IMG/VR virus record: IMGVR_UViG_3300044625_000894
Location: 6,641 to 70,640 of that record
Length of the DNA stretch: 64,000 nt
Reading direction: 5' to 3' (one strand)
Source of the DNA: a virus
Under the pieces are notes generated by a model. The model searched no databases, was not told the DNA's origin, and saw only the letters and a list, made by a program, of their open reading frames with translations. Shown in pieces: positions 18,945-27,798 of the stretch. How positions within the stretch are numbered: the stretch's first letter is position 1; every line of letters begins with the position of its first letter. The position numbers were made by a program, and so were the translations under genes.

Positions 18945-21900
18945 TATCTATATCCTCGACTACTCAATCCCATATTACCAGTAAGAGTAATTCCATTTAA
19001 TGCCCACTTCTCTCGTCCAATAGTATGTTCAAATTTAACAGTTAAGAATCGGCATCTTTGTGCTTCTCTTGGAATTATAGTTCTAAAAGGAGCGGAGTTA
19101 CTAAGACCGCCAAAGAATCCATATCCAAATCCCGGATCAGAATAATGTCCAAATATTCCATTACCTTGTCCGTAGAAATCTACCGATAAGAATTCTGGTT
19201 TTAAATCTGTGTTAAATGATGCGGTAGCTTTAGTGAATGCTTTATTATCAAACATCAAAGTTGCTTCATAAATTTGCTTAATTGATAAAGGATCATCAAA
19301 AGTTATCGGAGCATAAACCATTTGACATGGAATAGCTTTGTATATTGTTACAATTCCAGTAGTCCAAGGTAGAGGTAGATTTAAATCAATATAATTGTTA
19401 ATAGAATTTACATTAAGAATAACAGCTTCTAATAATGTTTCATCTTCTACAGTTTTATAATTTTTAAATTTAGTTCCCGTATCATTATTTAAATTATCAA
19501 CCAGAGCATTGAAACACGCTTGAATATCTAAAATATTTAATTGATTATTTGCGGTATCAAAAGATAATCCTAAACCGCCAGAAGTAGTTACATCTACTGG
19601 AATAGTAAACGTATTTGCTCCCGTAACAGTAACCTGATAAGTTTTATCTTTAATTTCTGGAATAGAACCATTTAATGTTCCAGTAATTGTAACCAATCTC
19701 CCATTTACTAATCCATGAGGAGATAAAGTAGTTATAATAGTTGGATCATCTGCACTATTTGATAAAATAGTTCCTGAATAGTTTGCAACAATTGCTGAAT
19801 AATTTGAAGAATTTAATCCCGGATCTGTATCCAAATATGCAGCAAGTTGAACTACTTTTGTTCGTAAACTATCTCCAGTTTCAGCAATCAGGGTATTTTC
19901 GTAATTTCTTTTAACTTTTCCTGATGTTGCTTGTGTAATTACATAATTGGTTACAGTTATATCAAAAGTTGTACTTGTTACGTTAGATACTTGGTACGTT
20001 CCATCTAATGTAGGAAAACTATTTGTATCAGACAACGTAACATACTGACCATTTGCTAAATTAAGACCTGCAGAAGTTGTAATTGTTACAGTAGCAGCAG
20101 AACCTGCGCTTGAAATAATATTTTTAACACCAACGTTTGGATCTAAATCTAACTTTTGCAGTAAAGCATTAAACAAATAATCAGTTAAAATTTGATTCTG
20201 CGTTATAATATCACCATTTGAGATACCATCAACGGATTGAAAATATATACGAGTCCCATTAGGTTTATTTGTATTGTTAGATATATTCCCATCTTGAACA
20301 ACAACATTAAAATCTGTGTCGCAATAATCAGTTCTATCGAAATTCTTTCGTTCTTGATAAATAATATTATTGTTGGAACCAGCCATGTACAATTTATCGT
20401 CGGTACTAAATACAATTCCACAATTTTGTGAACGTTTAACGTTTGTCCAAGTGCTAGTTAAGTCTGAATATCTAAATCCTATTGTAGCATATTGATCTGT
20501 TGGATCAGCATTTGTAAATACTGTGTAAGAGTTATCACTATCGTATCCAACTCCCCAAGTTGCAGTTTTAAAGTTTGGATAACGATTTGATGCTAATTTT
20601 AAAATCTCGGTATCAATAGGTCTTGAGATTTCTGAAACACCGGATTCTGAAATATTTGAAATACCTTTAACAGTCCAAGCGTAAATGATGTTATTTGAGA
20701 TGCTTACGCTATCTGGAGCAGCAGCAATACAACTACTATCGAACAACGTAACAACAAATGGAATTTCTTCACCCGATATACGGTACAATCCATCTTCTTT
20801 AAATACAAATAAACTGTCTCGAATTGGCATTAAACGAAGAATAGCTTTATCGCTTGATCCAATATCAAAGTAATTTAAAATAGGCACAGCTTCGTACTGT
20901 TGGTTTTTACTATAATAAACTCTGTTTAATTTTTCTTCATTAGTAGATACAGAAGCATTTTCTAATTTAGAATATGATAAATAACTTCCGTTAGTAGTTA
21001 ATGGAAACGATCCGGTAACAGTAAATTCGTCAAGATTTAGAACATTAACTTCATATATTCCATCAATATTTGGATCACAATTAGATCCTGATATAATAAT
21101 TTTATCTTTATTAATTAATCCGTGAGCAGTTTCGGTAATTTTATATAAATATCCTCCACCACTTTCAATACAATCTAGCCCAGAGATTTCATTATCTGGA
21201 CTAATATCTGGAGTAAATGAAGAACCTACATTATCGCTACAACCAACAACGTAGAATTGCGGGTTAGTAAGATTTTTAGATTCAAGATTAATAATACCCG
21301 GAGAAGAATCTTCACCTGACAAGTAGAATGCATATACAGGACTTGTCGTTTGTTTATTAATTACACGAACTAAAGACCTTGCGGTAAGATCAATTGCTTG
21401 AGATCGAGAAGTAACTTGAGATAAAAGAACTTTAGGGAATGGAGTAGCTGCAGCATTTTCTCCATCACCAGTAACAGTAACGGTTACAGTCAATGAAGTT
21501 CCTGTCGTAGTATTTGTTGGTGCAGAACAGATTCCTTCATCAAAGTTAATAACTGTAACTGTGTTTGTTGCAACAGATGAAGTAAAGTCTAATGCTGATG
21601 CACCAATTGCGTTGTTTAGTTTTAATGCAAAAGTATTTTGATCATCGCCAGTATTTATATCAACAATAATACGTTTTTTATCTGCTGGAGCTGGATCAGT
21701 TCCTGCGCCATCATATCTAAACCATAAATAGTAGTCGTTCACCGGAGTACTAAGAGTTATATATTTATCTTGAGTATCAGTTTTTAATGTAGCAGCTAAA
21801 CCTGAAACAACAAGTTGAGTTATCTGGTTAACTCCTAATGTAAATTCGTAAGTAATAGATGGATTAACTCCATCAGAAATAGTAATTTTATTATTATTTG

Positions 21901-24900
21901 TTCCACCAATATTACTTGTACCAATTAATTGAAATGGATTTAAACGTTGTTTTGTTTTTGTATTAGCAAAGAACGCAGAGTTTTTAAATACGTTGATGTC
22001 TTTTGCAAATGGAGGAGTATCATTTGCTTGTAAGATACCTTGACCAGTTAATGGGTTAGTATAAAGGTTCTCATTTGTTAATGCTAAATCTTCTGGATAA
22101 GTATCAACAAGTTCGATAGTGGTAGGGATTGGAGTAGGAGGGAATGCCTCATAAACCAAACGCATTTCATCATCAGGAACTACAGGAACATCACCAAGTG
22201 ATCCAAGACTTTGAATACCTTCTGCTGTAAATAATCGTGTTCTATAAACTTGGTAAAAATAACTATCATTAATTCCTTCCGGAACAGTAATTTCTAATAC
22301 GGTATTTCCTGCTATTGTCACAGAATAATTTTGTAGATATTCAGAAATTAATGCAGGTTGCACTACTCCAGCGTTTTCTTGTTTTAATTTAACAGCAATT
22401 CTTTGAATATTATTTTGAACTATTCTTAACTGCTCACTTGTTGGAACAGGAGAAACTTCTAAATCATTTAACGTTGTTGCATAATTAATATCCGGACTAT
22501 TTACAATATGTCGATAGTCATAAGAATAAATTTTAGCGTTAACATCTTTTGTTGGATCAGGATCTATTGCTGTAAATGTATCAGGATTATTTGGAAGCAG
22601 GAATTGAATGTAACCTTTATCAGTTACAGTAGGAGCAACTACAGAAACAATCTGATAATTACCATTAAACTGAGTCAAGTTTTTACCGATAGTAGTTTTA
22701 ACAGTACCCGTTCCAACAGTCACAGAATTTACATATACCGGGATAGTAATACGATTAACTTGACCAACATCAATTCCTGAAGTTGGAGTATATGACGCTC
22801 CTGTAGTTGGTAATATTCCAAATTGGGTAGGATTAACACTACCGATAACGCGGCTTATTTGCCATGTTTGGTTAATTGATGGAGAAGTATTAGCATCCCA
22901 AATAGTAATCCAGTTACCTTGTAGATAATTGTGACTGGTATCAGTCTCAATAATCATTTCTTTAAAAATAGTAGGAGTGTTAGAAACTGATGTAGATGTA
23001 GTTAATGAAGGAGGAGTTTCATTTAATAATGAAATATAAAATGTATCTCCGCTAACTTCTTGAACGTAGTATTGAGTAGACGCTAAGGTGGGAGTAGATG
23101 TAAATCCTGATCCAATATAAATAATATCGCCGTTAGCTAACCCATTACTTATGCTCTGGAATTGAATACATTCTGTTACGGTTCCAGATGTTGCTCCGGG
23201 AGCAGTCAATACTCCTTCTGCTAACACTTTAATTTTACTTGATGTGCTTGAATATACTTTAAATGTATCATTTAATAAACCTGCAGGAACCGTTACAGTT
23301 GATGCAATTTTAATTAATGTACCTGCTGTAAAATTATGTGTTGTATCTAATTGTAGTTCAATTGCTTTATAACAAGTGCCAGAAACTGCAGGAGTAATAT
23401 ATGATGCATTTTGAACGGCAATTCTATCTCCGCCGTTTGTATAAGAAACGTAAAAATTATTAGAACCATCTATACCTTTTACATACAATTCAATAGAATT
23501 ATCAATAGTTGATGATGTGTATAAAGATGGAGTGGATGCAATATTTACAATTTTAATTAAATTTCCATCAGATAACCCAACCCCTCCGGAAAATCTTAAA
23601 CAATCCGTAGATGTTCCATATGTAGGGGATGGATTTGAATTTATTAATCCTGAAAATTTAACATAATAAATATTAGTTCCGCTTGTGGCACTTAGTACTT
23701 GTATATTTCCATCAATTGTAACAGGAGTTGTTCCATTATATGTAAAATTACATCCATCAATATCAACATACTCACCACTACTTACGCTATGATTTCCACC
23801 ACTTAATGTAAATTTAGCTATAGGCAATAAAATATCAATTGATCCATCTGTATATCCTGATGAACCAGTCAACAATGGTCCGCTTGGTGTAGAAGAAATA
23901 TTAAAAGTTCTAAATGGAAAGGCTGTAGCTATTCCTCTAACATAAAATTTTCCATCATTCGGTCCACCGGTAACATTACTTAAATAAACCTCATCTCCAT
24001 TTTGTAATAAATCAGTATTTGCGTTTGATAAAGTACTTACAATAAAATAATATGGAGCCGATCCGGCTACTGATAATGAACCATTAACTGAAACGTCGTT
24101 AACAATACTTTGGATATTAAGTGTCGGAGTATTTTCGCAAGTTAGAAGAGATACAGAATTCACCTTTCCAAGATCAGGCGTTCCTGTAATTGTTCTTTGT
24201 GAATGAGTTCCAGAAGTAACTGTTACCGAAGGAATTGTTCCTCCTCCAGTAGTAGAAATAATAGTACGTTCATCAACAGTTGCTGTATATGTACCATTAA
24301 CACTACTAACAGTAGTAGTTCCTGTGATGCTAATTTCTCTGCCATTAACAAGGTCATTTGGAGAAGTGGTAATGCTTACAGGATTCTCTGGAACTAATGC
24401 TGTTCCTCCAACATGAGTTAATGCAACAGATGAAGTGTATGGTTCAGAAGTAAATCCTTCAATTTCAATATAATCATTTGCTTCAAAGAAAAGCGTGGGA
24501 TCTTGATCTGGAGCAAAGTTAACTTGTCCGATAGAACCAACGTTAATTTGTACTGTGTCAATTGTTAATGGAGCATTTGCATTTGTTGGACCTAAATCTG
24601 CATATAAAATATCTTTATCTAATTTTTCAGCAAAATCTAAAACATTATTTTTAAATGTTTCAATGCTATCATTTAAAGTTAATTTATAAGTTTCGTAATA
24701 ATTTCCATCAGAAATCATTGATTTAGCAAACTGACCAGTTCCGGTAGTTACCGCAGTAACATTAACTGGAATATTAAAATTATATTCGTCAATTACATTA
24801 GTAACCTCAAAACTTCCAACAGTAATAGACGTTGTATCAGTTCCGGTAATATGTACAATATCACCAGCAGTTAATCCATGTTTAGTTGATGTAGTAATTG

Positions 24901-25612
24901 CGGTAGGGTTTGCAATAGATACACCTGAAATGCTCACAACTTTATCAAAGTTATCAACAGCGTTTAAAAGTGTATTAAAATCTAATGGAATAATATCAGA
25001 GAGATAATTGTAAATAAGAGTTCTCTCAGATGGAGTACCGTAGATCAAGTTATCATTTGCGTCTTTGTATCCCCAAAGAACTCGATACGCTACTGCGCTA
25101 TCAACGGGTAAAAATCCTGTCAATTGACCTTGTTCAATATCAAGATTTACAGTTACATCTAACGCTTTAACTGCTCCAGAATTTACAATTTGTGTATTAG
25201 GAAAATCATCCGCAGATTTTGCAGAAATCTTTTTAATACCTTCAGAAGAAGTAAAATATAAATTTTTATTTGCAATAATAGATTTAATTCTTAAACCGGT
25301 TTGAGTTTCATTAAACGTACCAGTAAAATCATTAAAAATATTTTGACCATTTAAATCTTGCTCTAATGTATCGTAAGCAATTTTATCTGCATAATGAGCA
25401 AGAATTCGATTTTTATATTCAAGTAGTTGTTTGACCGGTTCATTGGATGCACCAAGACCTTCGCTGTAATCTTTGAAACCACGACGAGACTCAACAACAT
25501 TATCTCGTCTTACGATAACGTCGTTCGCCACTAATAGCGAACCTTCCGGTAAAGCGAGATTATTCGGACTATAGTTTAATCCTAATGCCTTTAATGTTGC
25601 TTGAGAAGCCAT
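18944..25612 (-). CDS. tail nozzle / DNA stabilisation protein (tail tubular B-like) with many inserted beta domains, 2222 aa
   Basis: N-terminal LPEGSLLVANDV...RRGF; propeller-like RVYYSK...LFVFKEDGLYRISG; position after the adaptor. Confidence 0.7.
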   Translation of the reverse strand: MASQATLKALGLNYSPNNLALPEGSLLVANDVIVRRDNVVESRRGFKDYSEGLGASNEPVKQLLEYKNRILAHYADKIAYDTLEQDLNGQNIFNDFTGTFNETQTGLRIKSIIANKNLYFTSSEGIKKISAKSADDFPNTQIVNSGAVKALDVTVNLDIEQGQLTGFLPVDSAVAYRVLWGYKDANDNLIYGTPSERTLIYNYLSDIIPLDFNTLLNAVDNFDKVVSISGVSIANPTAITTSTKHGLTAGDIVHITGTDTTSITVGSFEVTNVIDEYNFNIPVNVTAVTTGTGQFAKSMISDGNYYETYKLTLNDSIETFKNNVLDFAEKLDKDILYADLGPTNANAPLTIDTVQINVGSIGQVNFAPDQDPTLFFEANDYIEIEGFTSEPYTSSVALTHVGGTALVPENPVSITTSPNDLVNGREISITGTTTVSSVNGTYTATVDERTIISTTGGGTIPSVTVTSGTHSQRTITGTPDLGKVNSVSLLTCENTPTLNIQSIVNDVSVNGSLSVAGSAPYYFIVSTLSNANTDLLQNGDEVYLSNVTGGPNDGKFYVRGIATAFPFRTFNISSTPSGPLLTGSSGYTDGSIDILLPIAKFTLSGGNHSVSSGEYVDIDGCNFTYNGTTPVTIDGNIQVLSATSGTNIYYVKFSGLINSNPSPTYGTSTDCLRFSGGVGLSDGNLIKIVNIASTPSLYTSSTIDNSIELYVKGIDGSNNFYVSYTNGGDRIAVQNASYITPAVSGTCYKAIELQLDTTHNFTAGTLIKIASTVTVPAGLLNDTFKVYSSTSSKIKVLAEGVLTAPGATSGTVTECIQFQSISNGLANGDIIYIGSGFTSTPTLASTQYYVQEVSGDTFYISLLNETPPSLTTSTSVSNTPTIFKEMIIETDTSHNYLQGNWITIWDANTSPSINQTWQISRVIGSVNPTQFGILPTTGASYTPTSGIDVGQVNRITIPVYVNSVTVGTGTVKTTIGKNLTQFNGNYQIVSVVAPTVTDKGYIQFLLPNNPDTFTAIDPDPTKDVNAKIYSYDYRHIVNSPDINYATTLNDLEVSPVPTSEQLRIVQNNIQRIAVKLKQENAGVVQPALISEYLQNYSVTIAGNTVLEITVPEGINDSYFYQVYRTRLFTAEGIQSLGSLGDVPVVPDDEMRLVYEAFPPTPIPTTIELVDTYPEDLALTNENLYTNPLTGQGILQANDTPPFAKDINVFKNSAFFANTKTKQRLNPFQLIGTSNIGGTNNNKITISDGVNPSITYEFTLGVNQITQLVVSGLAATLKTDTQDKYITLSTPVNDYYLWFRYDGAGTDPAPADKKRIIVDINTGDDQNTFALKLNNAIGASALDFTSSVATNTVTVINFDEGICSAPTNTTTGTSLTVTVTVTGDGENAAATPFPKVLLSQVTSRSQAIDLTARSLVRVINKQTTSPVYAFYLSGEDSSPGIINLESKNLTNPQFYVVGCSDNVGSSFTPDISPDNEISGLDCIESGGGYLYKITETAHGLINKDKIIISGSNCDPNIDGIYEVNVLNLDEFTVTGSFPLTTNGSYLSYSKLENASVSTNEEKLNRVYYSKNQQYEAVPILNYFDIGSSDKAILRLMPIRDSLFVFKEDGLYRISGEEIPFVVTLFDSSCIAAAPDSVSISNNIIYAWTVKGISNISESGVSEISRPIDTEILKLASNRYPNFKTATWGVGYDSDNSYTVFTNADPTDQYATIGFRYSDLTSTWTNVKRSQNCGIVFSTDDKLYMAGSNNNIIYQERKNFDRTDYCDTDFNVVVQDGNISNNTNKPNGTRIYFQSVDGISNGDIITQNQILTDYLFNALLQKLDLDPNVGVKNIISSAGSAATVTITTSAGLNLANGQYVTLSDTNSFPTLDGTYQVSNVTSTTFDITVTNYVITQATSGKVKRNYENTLIAETGDSLRTKVVQLAAYLDTDPGLNSSNYSAIVANYSGTILSNSADDPTIITTLSPHGLVNGRLVTITGTLNGSIPEIKDKTYQVTVTGANTFTIPVDVTTSGGLGLSFDTANNQLNILDIQACFNALVDNLNNDTGTKFKNYKTVEDETLLEAVILNVNSINNYIDLNLPLPWTTGIVTIYKAIPCQMVYAPITFDDPLSIKQIYEATLMFDNKAFTKATASFNTDLKPEFLSVDFYGQGNGIFGHYSDPGFGYGFFGGLSNSAPFRTIIPREAQRCRFLTVKFEHTIGREKWALNGITLTGNMGLSSRGYR

Positions 25613-25613
25613 G

Positions 25614-27032
25614 TTAATACCTTCTACGGAAACGTGATTTGCCTAATCGCAATAGCGAGTATCTATTAAAAACTTTTGGTACAGAGGATTCAACTCGTGA
25701 GCCAATCAATGTGGCCTGCTTTTGATCCATCTCTTGAATTTTATTTGCGCTGATTGCATATCCCTCTTTATCACCAATAGCCATCAATACACGGGATGCT
25801 GCTCGTTCAGCTAAAGCATGGTGTAATTCTGGCGGAATCTGAGGAACAATACACTCATTCTGAAGGCAGATGTAATCACCCACTTTAATTGGATAAAATT
25901 CCATTACTCCGCCAACGCTATTACTTGCGTATTCTTGTAATTGAGAAACGTAGAATTTACCTCTACCATCAGCAGTGATTGAGATAAGTTTTACATCGTA
26001 TGTGTAGGTTCTATGTCCGGGATTAGTTTGAAGAAAATCAACAAGACATCCACTAGAATACAAAGGAGTAGTAATATCTGTATCTGGATCAGTATAATTT
26101 AATGGTAAATGATCAAATTGAATTTCTACAGTATCATTATCAAGACCAAATGCTGCAGTATTAGACACATAGAATGTTGAAGATATATCTAAATAATTTA
26201 ATTGTACATCCACAACTTGAGTACTAGATACTAATACGCTTGCGTATAATCCATCAGCTAAATTTGAACTTGTGCTTAAATTTAGATTTTGAATTTCAGG
26301 ATTATCGATGTTTAAAGAATTAATTGCTAATGCAATGTTATTCGCAGTTTCTTGTCTTGCTAACGCAGGATTTGGATTTGAGCTAATTAAAAACTCAGAA
26401 GCCAATGGAACTCCAGTAGTTGCAGTTAAGATAATTTGTATTGGGCTTTCAGTTTGATTATTAAGTGTAATCCCAATAGTATCTCCAGCTTGAATCAAAC
26501 TGTTATCAAGAATTGTGATATTCTTGTGAAAATGTTGAATGGTACAGGCTCTATCGTTGCGAACCAGATAGTTTGGTCGGAGAAAATAAAAGAGAACCAA
26601 ACTACCTGTTGGATTCGCAAGTAATTTAGGAGTAAGTACCATTTCATTACCTTCGAGATAGAATTTCCCGATGGTTTGATTTGATCCGTTAGACTGTTGA
26701 AAGAATGCCTTATCATCAGGAGCAATACGAGTAATATCGTAATAGTTTCCCCCGGTATCAGCAAATTTAACATCACGCAAAGTCATACCAATTGCTCGAT
26801 CTGGTATTGCGTAACGTGAAATATTTGTTAATAACGGCACTGATTTTCTGTATACAAGATATTCTTCATGCTCTTGCATCAGAGTAGGAACAGCATTGAG
26901 CTGTAATTCCTGATTCAAAAAAGTTACAATATTGTTATATGTAAAACTGTTTTGAGAAAGAGGAAAAGACATGGTGAGCTTTACAGCTTCTACCAAGTCA
27001 TCAGTGGTTAGATAAGGTTTAACGTTTGGCAT
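25614..27032 (-). CDS. head-tail adaptor (tail tubular A-like)
   Basis: Helical N-terminus FLNQEL, YAIPDR, C-terminal IPPELHHALAERAA; position before the nozzle. Confidence 0.7.
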   Translation of the reverse strand: MPNVKPYLTTDDLVEAVKLTMSFPLSQNSFTYNNIVTFLNQELQLNAVPTLMQEHEEYLVYRKSVPLLTNISRYAIPDRAIGMTLRDVKFADTGGNYYDITRIAPDDKAFFQQSNGSNQTIGKFYLEGNEMVLTPKLLANPTGSLVLFYFLRPNYLVRNDRACTIQHFHKNITILDNSLIQAGDTIGITLNNQTESPIQIILTATTGVPLASEFLISSNPNPALARQETANNIALAINSLNIDNPEIQNLNLSTSSNLADGLYASVLVSSTQVVDVQLNYLDISSTFYVSNTAAFGLDNDTVEIQFDHLPLNYTDPDTDITTPLYSSGCLVDFLQTNPGHRTYTYDVKLISITADGRGKFYVSQLQEYASNSVGGVMEFYPIKVGDYICLQNECIVPQIPPELHHALAERAASRVLMAIGDKEGYAISANKIQEMDQKQATLIGSRVESSVPKVFNRYSLLRLGKSRFRRRY

Positions 27033-27042
27033 AAGTTACCCC

Positions 27043-27441
27043 TTATGCTTCCATTTTTTTATCTTCGAGCAGTTTTTTCAATTCTTCAATTTTTGCAGCA
27101 AGTTCTTCTTCTGACATTTCTTCTGGTTCTTTTTCTTCCATACCAGCTTCATGTTCAGCAGTTTCTTCGCCTTCAGTTTCTAACGCTTCGTGTTCTGGGC
27201 CTTCTTCTTCACCCAAACCCATCATGTCTTTTTTACCGACAATTTTTTTTGCCATATCAAGACCTTTTTCGATCCCTTTAGGGCTATCAGAAGCGACAGT
27301 TACTTTTTTGAGATTGCCAACTTTATCAGCACCCATGTCCATCATGTCATCGCTAAGTTCTTCTAAAACTTTAGATTTAGCTTTAGCGGCAACAGGGCTC
27401 ATTTTTTTGCCTTTTTTCAAAAGTTCTTCTAATTTTTTCAT
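27043..27441 (-). CDS. hypothetical protein with acidic C-terminus
   Basis: 132-aa ORF with AGGAAG upstream. Confidence 0.7.
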   Translation of the reverse strand: MKKLEELLKKGKKMSPVAAKAKSKVLEELSDDMMDMGADKVGNLKKVTVASDSPKGIEKGLDMAKKIVGKKDMMGLGEEEGPEHEALETEGEETAEHEAGMEEKEPEEMSEEELAAKIEELKKLLEDKKMEA

Positions 27442-27461
27442 TAGTTTATACTTCCTATTAC

Positions 27462-27707
27462 TTATTTAAAGCTGATAGTAAAATCTGCAGTACCACCAGT
27501 TTGAGTTGCAAATGGAGTTCCTGCGTTAGTGCTACTATTTACAGAAAGCTCGCCGGAATAATTTCCGCCCTTCATTCCATACATCAAATTAATGATGTTT
27601 TGAATTACTTCATCTGGTTTAGTTGTTCCGCCAGCTAATGCTGTATTAAGATCACCAACAGTAGGGCCGGTAGATCCTGTATTGATTTGAATGGTCATGT
27701 ATGCCAT
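27462..27707 (-). CDS. small putative virion protein
   Basis: ATG 27707 with AGGAG SD. Confidence 0.65.
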   Translation of the reverse strand: MAYMTIQINTGSTGPTVGDLNTALAGGTTKPDEVIQNIINLMYGMKGGNYSGELSVNSSTNAGTPFATQTGGTADFTISFK

Positions 27708-27786
27708 GTTTTTTCTCCTGTTTATTAGAAATAACGGCAAAGTTGTTTAATGATAACAATATACATAGCCGTTAGATGTATATTAT

Positions 27787-27796
27787 TAGTTGTTAA
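27787..27796 (-). promoter_or_regulatory. TTAACAACTA motif (putative late promoter)
   Basis: 2 nt after the upstream stop; 79 nt before ATG 27707. Confidence 0.65.
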
Positions 27797-27798
27797 AA

